Made by a program: the position numbers and the translations under genes. Below, one piece after another: positions 1 through 8,755 of a DNA stretch of 43,442 bases (position 1 is its first letter; the number at the start of each line of letters is the position of its first letter). Source of the DNA: Candidatus Sigynarchaeum calidifontis (GTDB lineage: Archaea; Asgardarchaeota; Lokiarchaeia; Sigyniarchaeales; Sigyniarchaeaceae); the NCBI GenBank assembly GCA_030587475.2, contig JAUQYZ020000087.1, positions 1 through 43,442 on the forward strand. The letters run 5' to 3'. A model generated the notes under the pieces. That model had not been told where the DNA came from, did no database searches, and saw nothing but the letters and a program-made list of their open reading frames with translations.

Positions 1-1889
1 GGACGTTTTTTGCTGTCGTTTTTCACCGTTGCATCGTGGGATTCATAATCTACATGCTCCGGTGGCGGAAAAATCTGCAATCGACGACCAACGCGGGCGT
101 GGTGCTCTCGCGCGTTTCCGTGGGGATCTCGATCATCTTGATGTTCACGTTGTATGGTGCCTTCCCCATGGCCGCCGTGGCATGGGGCGCGGTTAATTTC
201 GTCGACGCGTGGCCATCCATCGCGCTGGCGATCGCTGTTTGCGGTGTCTTGTTTATCTTTGGCTGGATCGGCGCGTCGAACCGTATCGGTGCGCTTTTCA
301 CGTTCTTGTCGTCCGCGCTAGCGATCTATGCCACGTGGGATTGGATGTACGGGGACGACGATGGCTTCTTCGTGCCGGCGTTTTCGATCTTGAAGTGGAC
401 GCTCCTTGTCGTCATCGTGGTTTTGGGGTTCAACGGGTTGTTCAACTTTTTCGGGATGTGGTTCACCCCGAACAATAGCTCTCGCCGCCGATGGGCATTT
501 GTCGAGAAAATCAGGAAAAAGGCAAGACAGCACGCGAAAGCCCTTACCCTGGCAGGATTTGCGACGATTGCGCTCGTACTGACCGGCACATTGTCGCAGG
601 TCGATGCGTTGTATCCACAAACCATCACGATAACGCCAAGGAATTACCAGGCACGATTGGCCTTCTGGGGCAGGACCACCTACGATTACTACACGGACAC
701 CCAGAAAGCCGAGCTGAACGAGCACAACGTCACGATCGTCTTCTACAACACCCCGGACATAAGGTATCCCGCATACAACACGTCTTTCATCAATGAAATG
801 AAATTATGGAGAGATAATTACCCGAACGTGAAATTTATCGCGGCGATACCGGGTATCACGCGAATCGCGAACACGGGCAACGAGTTAACGGATTTCCGAT
901 GGGGTGGCTTTGCATGGGACGGTGCAGTCGAAGGAACGGTCAAGTATGCCAAAAAATTCATTGAAATCGCTCAATACGAGAATCTCACGAATTTCATTGG
1001 CATTAACACCGATCAAGAGTCCCCCGACGACGAATTGGCCTCCATATATGGTGTTAATATCAGTCCAAATGCAACGCGCCATGCAGAGGCCATCCAAATG
1101 TACAACGATTTTCGCGCATGGGTGAACACGAATGCACCGGGGATGTTCCTCACGAGTACCATGGGAAACGAGCCGTTCGTCGACATGCAAGATGGAGATA
1201 ACGATTTACACGTCATTCACATGTGGAACGTGCTCGACGTGACGACATGGGACGAGATCGCCCCGATGATCTACCGTGGCGGCCACAAGGGCGAAAGGCC
1301 TTACGGCGGATACAAAAGCATCACCGAGGGCGGCGACGTGGTCGACGGCAGCATCATGGTCTATAACAAGCTCAAGTTCTTGAACAATTCCTTGTTCATG
1401 GTCGACGGGAATGCCGACCGCCTTGGGATCTACCTCGGCATCACGAACTGCACGTGCTACGGGCGGGACATCGACCAGTATGATAGTCACGGGAACTACC
1501 TCGGAAAGGGATATGACAGCCTCGTCCGCGACGCGCTGATCGCGAAGCACTTCGGTGCCAAGATCATCACGATCTTCATCCTCGACACGGTTATCGAGAA
1601 CGGGTATTCCATGGGCGGCGTGTTCGACACGTGGGGCGATAGCTTTCTCGACAATTTCAACGAGTCGATCAACGGCGAGAATTCCACGCGGCCCTTCACG
1701 ATCTATGTCGATCCGAATTACAACTTCTTGGCGGACATGAACAAGGATCTCATGTACAACCTCGGCCGACCGGCCGGCTTGGCGATCGTCCTGGCGCTCG
1801 TGGTTATTAATATCGCAGCCGCAACGTGCCTGCACCCGGCAATCAAGGCCCGGATCGTTTCCAAGCTGAAGCGAGTCGAATTTTCTTGA
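1..1889 (+). CDS. Multi-pass membrane protein with a large extracytoplasmic TIM-barrel/glycoside-hydrolase-like domain and a C-terminal TM helix (probably 5'-truncated by the window)
   Basis: ORF 36..1889. The frame stays open back to the window edge. It has about 6 N-terminal hydrophobic helices, then a soluble domain (IGINTDQES, WDEIAPMIY, many NxS/T sequons) and a C-terminal TM (AGLAIVLALVVINIAAA). Confidence 0.6.
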   Translation, partial: TFFAVVFHRCIVGFIIYMLRWRKNLQSTTNAGVVLSRVSVGISIILMFTLYGAFPMAAVAWGAVNFVDAWPSIALAIAVCGVLFIFGWIGASNRIGALFTFLSSALAIYATWDWMYGDDDGFFVPAFSILKWTLLVVIVVLGFNGLFNFFGMWFTPNNSSRRRWAFVEKIRKKARQHAKALTLAGFATIALVLTGTLSQVDALYPQTITITPRNYQARLAFWGRTTYDYYTDTQKAELNEHNVTIVFYNTPDIRYPAYNTSFINEMKLWRDNYPNVKFIAAIPGITRIANTGNELTDFRWGGFAWDGAVEGTVKYAKKFIEIAQYENLTNFIGINTDQESPDDELASIYGVNISPNATRHAEAIQMYNDFRAWVNTNAPGMFLTSTMGNEPFVDMQDGDNDLHVIHMWNVLDVTTWDEIAPMIYRGGHKGERPYGGYKSITEGGDVVDGSIMVYNKLKFLNNSLFMVDGNADRLGIYLGITNCTCYGRDIDQYDSHGNYLGKGYDSLVRDALIAKHFGAKIITIFILDTVIENGYSMGGVFDTWGDSFLDNFNESINGENSTRPFTIYVDPNYNFLADMNKDLMYNLGRPAGLAIVLALVVINIAAATCLHPAIKARIVSKLKRVEFS

Positions 1890-1977
1890 TTTTTTAACCT
1901 ATCTCGCGAAGTTTAACACCAGCGAAAGCTTTCAAAGCACTAATAACCAAGCAAAATTCCGCCTCAGGATCGATATC

Positions 1978-3621
1978 ATGGAGAACAAAAAAATCCAAAA
2001 CGGTGGAAAAAAATCGCCGGATGATCCCGTGGTGTCATTATCCGGTTCGATCGTGCTATTCCTTGTCTCGTGTTACCTATCCATCCTTCCAGCATCGACC
2101 GCGGGGTACTTGTTTCTCAAGTTGTTTGATCCATGGGCCGCGCTGGAAGCCACGGGCTCGTGGCTGGTGCCGGTCGCCATCATCCTTGCTGCCGTGATGC
2201 TCTCTCTCCTCGTTTTATATGGCTGGTCGTGGCTCCAGGCAAAACTTTCGGTTGGGTTGGTGATGGGATTCAAGGAGATTCCCGAGGGAAAATTCAAGAA
2301 GTCCTTGTATGACAAGGATTTCCAACAATTTTCAAAGCGGCACCTTGTCAAGAAATTCTCTATTTGGTTGTACAAGTTTCATTCGCCGCGCTGGTTGTAT
2401 CGAAAATATGCCGGCACGTTTATCAAGATCGGCAAGCACGTCGAGCTGCCCGAGTGGTTTCCCCTGGAAAAATGCGAGATCGGGGATAACACGGTCATTG
2501 CGAGGCAGATCGTGATCGGCTCGCACGTGATCGAGGGAGATTACGTGACGCTGAAGGCCGTGAAGATCGGGAAGAATTGCATCATCGACGCCGATGATGA
2601 AATGCACCGCACATGCGTCGCCCCTGGCGCTATAATAGAAGATAACGTGATCGTGAAGCCGGGCACGAGCATCATGAAAGACACCTTGTTGAAAGAAGGC
2701 GGGATCTACGAGGAGAATCCGGTGGTACACCGCATTGGTGAGGTCTCGAAGCTGCCCGATGACGAGATCGATGCATGGCGGAAGAAAGTTCTTGCCAAGA
2801 ACAAGCTCAAGTCGAAAATGCTTGACGATTGGTCGTCTTTCACATCCAGGATGCCCCGCTTGGTCAACAAGGCCGCGTCGCTGTTCGGATACGCCATGGG
2901 ACTTGGATTGATCATTGCATGGTGGTTCGGCGTGGTCGTAGCCCTCGATACATCTTTTCCCCTGTATGGATCCATTATCAACATCGTCCTTCTGCCGGCC
3001 ATCTTTTTCCTAGCTTATGGTTTTAACATTTTCTTCCCCTTCGTGGTGACAAACCACGCGGTGAAGAAACTTCGAAAATCATACCCCGCCATCTGCGGCC
3101 CCGTAGATAATAATCGCGCTATCGAGATCACGGATCCCGCAGTAATCGAGAAGTGGAAGTGTTACAAGTGGTTGCAGTGGCAATCGGTGGATCGCTTGAT
3201 GAGATCGCTGTTCCCGGATGTCATGACGTTCATGTACAAGTATATCGGCAAGGGAAACGATATCAATTTGAAATCCACGTTCACGGAAGCGCTTGTTGAC
3301 CCGGATCACGTTTCCATCGGGGAAAACACGCTTTTTAGCGTGGGTACGCACGTTTATGCCTATAGCTTGACTCGTGGCCCGAATCCACGGCTGGTCATAA
3401 AGAAGACATCTATCGGTAAAAATTGCATCATCGCGCCGTCGAACATCATGGCAGGGGCAAGCATCGGCGATAACGTGGTACTCGGTATTCACTCGGTCGT
3501 ACCAGAGGATGCTCGCTTGGAAGGCAATCAAGTGTACGCGGGAAACCCGGCAGTCGATTTCAAGACCTTCATAGCCATGAAAAAGCAGGCCAGGCAAAAT
3601 CTGGGGATAACTAGTACTTGA
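1978..3621 (+). CDS. Membrane protein with two left-handed beta-helix (hexapeptide repeat) acyltransferase-like domains
   Basis: Architecture is TM pair-LbH-TM pair-LbH. Hexapeptide repeats include IKIGKHV, CEIGDNTVI, VKIGKNCII, VSIGENTLF, TSIGKNCII, ASIGDNVVLG and the terminal YAGNPA. Confidence 0.75.
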   Translation: MENKKIQNGGKKSPDDPVVSLSGSIVLFLVSCYLSILPASTAGYLFLKLFDPWAALEATGSWLVPVAIILAAVMLSLLVLYGWSWLQAKLSVGLVMGFKEIPEGKFKKSLYDKDFQQFSKRHLVKKFSIWLYKFHSPRWLYRKYAGTFIKIGKHVELPEWFPLEKCEIGDNTVIARQIVIGSHVIEGDYVTLKAVKIGKNCIIDADDEMHRTCVAPGAIIEDNVIVKPGTSIMKDTLLKEGGIYEENPVVHRIGEVSKLPDDEIDAWRKKVLAKNKLKSKMLDDWSSFTSRMPRLVNKAASLFGYAMGLGLIIAWWFGVVVALDTSFPLYGSIINIVLLPAIFFLAYGFNIFFPFVVTNHAVKKLRKSYPAICGPVDNNRAIEITDPAVIEKWKCYKWLQWQSVDRLMRSLFPDVMTFMYKYIGKGNDINLKSTFTEALVDPDHVSIGENTLFSVGTHVYAYSLTRGPNPRLVIKKTSIGKNCIIAPSNIMAGASIGDNVVLGIHSVVPEDARLEGNQVYAGNPAVDFKTFIAMKKQARQNLGITST

Positions 3622-3640
3622 AGTTGCAGGGACGTACCTT

Positions 3641-6600
3641 TTAGAAAATGTGCTTGGCCATGCATAGACCGTAGGCTGTTATCGTGAAGGTGTCCGTGAT
3701 CTCCCCCGCGGCGATCATCTCGGCAAATCGTCCGATAGGCACGTAAACCAGGGCATCGATCACCTCCGTGTCCTCTGGCGCCCGCTGCCCTACCCGTTCA
3801 AATTCCATTGCGGCAAAATAATGGACTTTCAAGCTTGATGTTCCCGAGTTATGCCAGAGCGTGGCGAGGGGGACGAGCTTGCCCTTGCAGCCGGTCTCCT
3901 CGAAAGCTTCGCGATTTGCCATCGCTTCGGGCGATTCCCCTTTTTTACCATAACCACGAGGTATCTCGAGCAACCATTGCTTGACCGGATACCGGTAAAC
4001 TTTAAGCAGCCCGATTTCCTTGTGAGGTGAAACGGGGAGTATCACGACGCCATCGATGCCGTCGTTCTCGACGATGACGTTGTATCGGCCCTCTTTTCCA
4101 CCTGGAAAACGAACGTGGTCGTAATAGAGCTTCACCCACGGGTTATCGGGAGATGAATAAACAAGCACCTTCTTTATCTGTTCTATCTGTTTTTTCATAT
4201 CATCACTTCCATCGACATTTTCAACGGGAACCATTGGTACTAGTCCGGGAAAATCGAGTGCAGGGATGTCATACATCGGGGAGATGGGCCGCGACCGCGA
4301 GACCGTGATAGCCAGCGGCCCGAGAATATCGGGTGTAATTGCACGTGGTTGCTCGGGGCTGATATCAGGGGGGATTTCTCTTTCCTCGGGAGGCGTTAAT
4401 TCTTTCTTGATGTATTCGTAATATGCGCTTTGGATCCCGACGAGCTCGCTCTCGCGACCGATGAATTTGGACACGTCGCGGAAAGCCTTGCGGAACTCGA
4501 TGCCGGGACTAGATTCACGCAATCGTAGGATGTCCTCGATATCGATACGCGCCAGCTCGATGCTCCGGATGGTGCCGGTGGAGGATTTCATACGGAAAAT
4601 GACATCCTTGCCAAGCTCAGCCTTGACAATGGGTGAAATGATGTCAAAAAGCTTTTTAGCTTGCTCATCGATGCTGAGTGCAAATCGGAAAACTATAGGC
4701 AAATTTGTCATGTATGCGCTGTCCGCAAGGATAGTGAACAAATGATGGTAGAACCAGGGCTTGCCAATCGCCTCGTTGCGTGCGTCCATCACGGTCTTGG
4801 CTGCTGTATCGCCAAGGCGCGCGATCGCATCCGCGAACTCTTTTTTAAACGCTGCATCGGAGGTCGGCTCCCGAAACAAGTTACCGAATTTGTAGAGCTG
4901 CGACCGGGTGAGCATGCCTCCTTCCAAGCAAGCTCGCACGAACTCGCGCATCGCGGGGATGATCTCCGCGACTCGGGCTGCATCATCACCACTAAAATTA
5001 TTCACGGTTTCCTTGCGTTCCAGCAGGCCCAGCGTGCGGCCACCATAATTGCCAGCGATGGTATCGAAATCGTACCAGTAAAATAAGTCCCGATGCTTTG
5101 AATAAAAGGCATCTAATGCAGTATAATAACTCGGATCTATTTTTTCGTGAAGAAAATCGGCCCGGTTTACCTGGCATTCTGTCCGGTATTCTGCAATAGG
5201 ATTTTCATTGGATACAAAATCGATGTCGACCTGAACCCCGGCTTTTTTCACCTTCTGGTGCCTGGGCAAGAGGGGACGGATCAAACCAAGATAGCGCTCG
5301 TCGGGCTTGCCGTCGCGCGACAGAACCTCGGTGATGAACACGCGAGAATTGAGCAAGAAATTCGGTCCGATAACCACCTTGTCGCTCGTGAGGAGTGCCC
5401 GGTGCAATTCAGCCTTTATATACGTCGCTTCGGGGATACCGAGAAGAAGCGCATTCGTGTTATCGAATGCTGGCACGTACGAAAGTAATTCTGGTCCAAT
5501 CATCACGGGTGATGTTTTCATGGCATCGGTAGACACTATGCTCTCGCGTGCTGACAAATGAGAATCCTTGATCCATCGTTCGATGAATTTGATGCCCTCG
5601 ATGCTTCCCGCGAGTATGGCTTGTTCGAGCGCGTCTCTTCCGAAGGTGTATGCCAGGTCCTCCAAGCCTGCAGCCTCGAGGCTCAATGCAAGCATTGCCG
5701 TGGGAACCCATGAATCGGGTAATGATCGCGCGTCCGGAAAGCCCTTCCGCATGAGTCTCACCGCGTCGGAAGCACGCTTGAATCCTTCACGCACGTCCCC
5801 CCGGGCGAGCGCATCGGCTGCCTGGTTCACGCACGTGGAAATCGCTACCTGGTCCGACGTGGATGTCCCGATATCCGGTCTCGACGCGATGGCTTTCGTG
5901 ATCGCCGCGTTGATTCCTTTGCTTGCACCCGGATCAGCACTGACCGGTAAGACAAGACGCCTCATAACCGCTTCGCTGGCCCCGACCAGCGCTGCCAGAT
6001 CGATCATGACCAGCCGGGCCCAGAACGTGCCGATGTCGCTTCCCCATTGCTTGATGCGACTCGCGAGAGCTGTATTGATGCCCGTGATCTTTCCGGGAAT
6101 GGCTGCACGGACGATTTGGAACCGGTTACCCATCTGTCGTGCAAGCATCTTGAACACGTCCGGTTCTGCATCGCCAGGCCGGACGAGCCAATGCACTGTT
6201 GCCAAGTCGCGCTCGGACTGCAACCGGAGGTAATTTAATCCGGTTTCTAGGTCGCCACCGCCAAATCCCATGAAGAACAAGGGGAATCGTTGTAAAATGA
6301 CAGATAAAACGTGAGCTATGGGCGCGGACAAGCCTTGAAGCCGCTGGGCTGCCGTGTCGACGCAGCTTTCAGGGTGTCGTGCAGTCCCGTGGAGTTTCAA
6401 GATGAACGCGTGGCTTTCCCGGCCGATGATGCCCGGGAACTGCGCGAGCAATTTAAAGCCACGGGGATTGTAAGCGACCACCACGTGCTTCGCCTGGTCG
6501 ATCCTCGATTGCTCATCCAATGCAGCACGATCCGTCGTTTCGTCCCCCGTGAGCTCGCACAGCCGTAGACCCCTGGCTACCAATGCATCCTCGATGCACC

Positions 6601-6994
6601 TATCGAAGTTCGTCGTGATGATCGCGGGAAAATCTCCGTTCTTGAGCCCTTCGGCAATCCAACCGTGGAACGCGTTCGGCTCGTGATTGGCAAGTGAAGA
6701 GATGACGGTCAAGTAATCTGAACCGAGCCGCTGCGCGATCGCCTCGGTCACCTCGAAAGCCTTGATCCGCCCTGCATAGAGATCATCGACGATTTGCCTT
6801 GACAAAACGATTTCTTTTGCTTCGGGAACTTGATCTTCCAGGGCAGATAGGATCATGGCGATGAACTTGTACCACGATGGTAGACTCGTGGGCTCGAACA
6901 TCGAAGCCGCGGAACCGAGGAAAGGGACGATTTTTTTCCCGGCGCTTCGTGTACTGGCGATTATAGTCTCGATTTCTGCGGGCATCTCGAGCAT
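3641..6994 (-). CDS. SIR2-like NADase / TPR-like / unknown domain / Nudix (ADP-ribose pyrophosphatase-like) fusion protein
   Basis: SIR2_2 motifs: IVPFLGSAAS...LPSW, IITTNFD, LKLHG, LFFMGFGGGD. C-terminal Nudix box GYGKKGESPEAMANREAFEETG fits GX5EX7REUXEEXG, with NudF-like YRYPV..WLLEIPRG and GEITD. Start placed at ATG 6994 (alternatives 6985, 7036, 7048). Confidence 0.85.
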   Translation of the reverse strand: MLEMPAEIETIIASTRSAGKKIVPFLGSAASMFEPTSLPSWYKFIAMILSALEDQVPEAKEIVLSRQIVDDLYAGRIKAFEVTEAIAQRLGSDYLTVISSLANHEPNAFHGWIAEGLKNGDFPAIITTNFDRCIEDALVARGLRLCELTGDETTDRAALDEQSRIDQAKHVVVAYNPRGFKLLAQFPGIIGRESHAFILKLHGTARHPESCVDTAAQRLQGLSAPIAHVLSVILQRFPLFFMGFGGGDLETGLNYLRLQSERDLATVHWLVRPGDAEPDVFKMLARQMGNRFQIVRAAIPGKITGINTALASRIKQWGSDIGTFWARLVMIDLAALVGASEAVMRRLVLPVSADPGASKGINAAITKAIASRPDIGTSTSDQVAISTCVNQAADALARGDVREGFKRASDAVRLMRKGFPDARSLPDSWVPTAMLALSLEAAGLEDLAYTFGRDALEQAILAGSIEGIKFIERWIKDSHLSARESIVSTDAMKTSPVMIGPELLSYVPAFDNTNALLLGIPEATYIKAELHRALLTSDKVVIGPNFLLNSRVFITEVLSRDGKPDERYLGLIRPLLPRHQKVKKAGVQVDIDFVSNENPIAEYRTECQVNRADFLHEKIDPSYYTALDAFYSKHRDLFYWYDFDTIAGNYGGRTLGLLERKETVNNFSGDDAARVAEIIPAMREFVRACLEGGMLTRSQLYKFGNLFREPTSDAAFKKEFADAIARLGDTAAKTVMDARNEAIGKPWFYHHLFTILADSAYMTNLPIVFRFALSIDEQAKKLFDIISPIVKAELGKDVIFRMKSSTGTIRSIELARIDIEDILRLRESSPGIEFRKAFRDVSKFIGRESELVGIQSAYYEYIKKELTPPEEREIPPDISPEQPRAITPDILGPLAITVSRSRPISPMYDIPALDFPGLVPMVPVENVDGSDDMKKQIEQIKKVLVYSSPDNPWVKLYYDHVRFPGGKEGRYNVIVENDGIDGVVILPVSPHKEIGLLKVYRYPVKQWLLEIPRGYGKKGESPEAMANREAFEETGCKGKLVPLATLWHNSGTSSLKVHYFAAMEFERVGQRAPEDTEVIDALVYVPIGRFAEMIAAGEITDTFTITAYGLCMAKHIF

Positions 6995-7136
6995 GGTCGC
7001 GTACCGCTGCACGTTTCTTCCAATGAATACCGTCATAAACCGTTCCACGCCATAAAAATCAGCGCGGGGTGGGAAAGTGAATATCCCCGATCAGCACATA
7101 ATCCTTATATCACGACCAAGGGAAGGTCGTAGCATC

Positions 7137-8708
7137 ATGTCAAAGTACGAACCGAGAAAAGAGAGTCACAAGGGCTTCTTATTCCGAAAAGACGACAAGT
7201 TATTTCTCAGGACGAAATTCATGCGCGATGCCGCAGAACTGGAGGTGCCGCTCGAGGAAATCCTCGAAGACTTCGAGGGAAAGGGCGTCGAAATCGACTT
7301 GTACACGCGCAAGACGGGAGAACCAATTTTCGCCTCGAAAGATTGGACCTTGCTTCCCGAGGAGCTGCCGGATCCCGATTACGAGTACTGTTCCGAGAAA
7401 GGGTACGAGAAGTTCCTCGACATGAAGTACGGCCTTTTCATGCATTGGGGGCAATACAGCGTTCTCGGGCTCACGGAGAGCTGGACGGCCAACGCGCAGA
7501 ACTGCCCGATGTACTGGTGGGAGACGTATTACACGCTCTACCAGTCTTTCAACCCGACCGATTTCAACGCAGACGAGTGGGCAGAGATGGCCCAACGCGC
7601 CGGCATGCAGTTTTTCATCCTCACGACCAAGCACCACGACGGCTTTTGCCTGTTCAACACGAAAACCAAGACCAAGGCACTCCGGCGCATCGGCCACTTG
7701 CACAACGTGGTCGTCGGCCCCGTCGAGGAATGTTACATCAACTATAGCATGATGGACACGCCCTACAAGGTCGACATCATCGACGAGGTAACCCGTGCCT
7801 TCCGCAAGAGGAACATGGGCATCGGATTTTACTTCAGCCACATTGATTGGAACGACCCGAACTTCCGATGGGATCCCGCAAACCGCTCGTTCGATCCCGA
7901 TTACAACCCGGAGAAAAATCCCGAGGACTGGAAGGCGTTCATCGAGCGTGAACGCCAGCAGCTGCACGAGATCTGTGGCAATTACGGCCCGCTGGACATG
8001 ATCTTTTTCGATGGAACATGGTACGGCCTAGCATGGACGGAGATGAAAAAGATCGTCAAGGAGATCCGCAAGATGCAGCCCGACTGCATGTTCTCGGATC
8101 GCGGCCTTGGCCCGATGGCAGATTTCACATCGCCAGAGCGCTGGATCCCCGCAGACAAGGACGACAAGCGCATCAAGCAGAAACGCAAGCATCCACTTGC
8201 CTGGCAGGTATGCGACGTCATCGCGACGCACTGGTCACACGTTCCCGACGAGAAATACAAGGACAAAAATGTCTTGCTCGACATGCTCATCAGCATCACG
8301 GCCAAGGGTGGCACGCTCGCGCTCAACGTCCCGCCCATGGGCAATGGCAAGTTCCCGCAGCAGAGCATCGACATCCTCGAATACATCGGCCGCTGGCTCA
8401 AAGTAAACGGCGAGGCCATCTACGCGACCCGGCCTGTCAATGGCGATTTCAAGCAAGGCGATAACATTTATTTCACGCGTTCCAAGGATGACAAGATCGT
8501 GTATGCAATCCATATCGGGTGGCCGCACGACAAGGTCGAGATCGCCAACGTGAAGGCCAAGGAGGGATCCGAGATCAAGATGCTGGGTATCGACGAGCCG
8601 CTGCCATGGCAGAACGCCGGCGGGAAGCTCGTCATCACGATCCCGCCCGCGCTGAACAAGAAAATCCCGTGCGAGCACGCGTTCAGCTTCAAGATCGAGC
8701 GGGCGTGA
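7137..8708 (+). CDS. Alpha-L-fucosidase (GH29) with an N-terminal extension
   Basis: KYGLFMHWGQYS, FNPTDFNADEWA, LTTKHHDGFCLF, MIFFDG (nucleophile), LALNVPPMGNG, IGRWLKVNGEAIYATRP and a C-terminal beta domain. ATG at 7137 follows a GGAAGG-like SD. Confidence 0.92.
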   Translation: MSKYEPRKESHKGFLFRKDDKLFLRTKFMRDAAELEVPLEEILEDFEGKGVEIDLYTRKTGEPIFASKDWTLLPEELPDPDYEYCSEKGYEKFLDMKYGLFMHWGQYSVLGLTESWTANAQNCPMYWWETYYTLYQSFNPTDFNADEWAEMAQRAGMQFFILTTKHHDGFCLFNTKTKTKALRRIGHLHNVVVGPVEECYINYSMMDTPYKVDIIDEVTRAFRKRNMGIGFYFSHIDWNDPNFRWDPANRSFDPDYNPEKNPEDWKAFIERERQQLHEICGNYGPLDMIFFDGTWYGLAWTEMKKIVKEIRKMQPDCMFSDRGLGPMADFTSPERWIPADKDDKRIKQKRKHPLAWQVCDVIATHWSHVPDEKYKDKNVLLDMLISITAKGGTLALNVPPMGNGKFPQQSIDILEYIGRWLKVNGEAIYATRPVNGDFKQGDNIYFTRSKDDKIVYAIHIGWPHDKVEIANVKAKEGSEIKMLGIDEPLPWQNAGGKLVITIPPALNKKIPCEHAFSFKIERA

Positions 8709-8725
8709 TCCCGACCAGCATCACC

Positions 8726-8733
8726 TTTTTTTT
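8726..8733 (+). terminator. Oligo-T tract, archaeal-type terminator candidate after the fucosidase gene
   Basis: T8 run about 18 nt downstream of the TGA at 8708. Confidence 0.35.
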
Positions 8734-8755
8734 CCAGGTCATCATTGTGTCACCC

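Noticed and set aside
3641-6994. Calling the SIR2 protein a classical sirtuin deacetylase (CobB) or a known Thoeris/DSR component
   Set aside because: There is no Zn-binding CxxC pair, no SLOG/Macro domain, and no TIR, HerA or pAgo partner nearby. The architecture does not match those systems.
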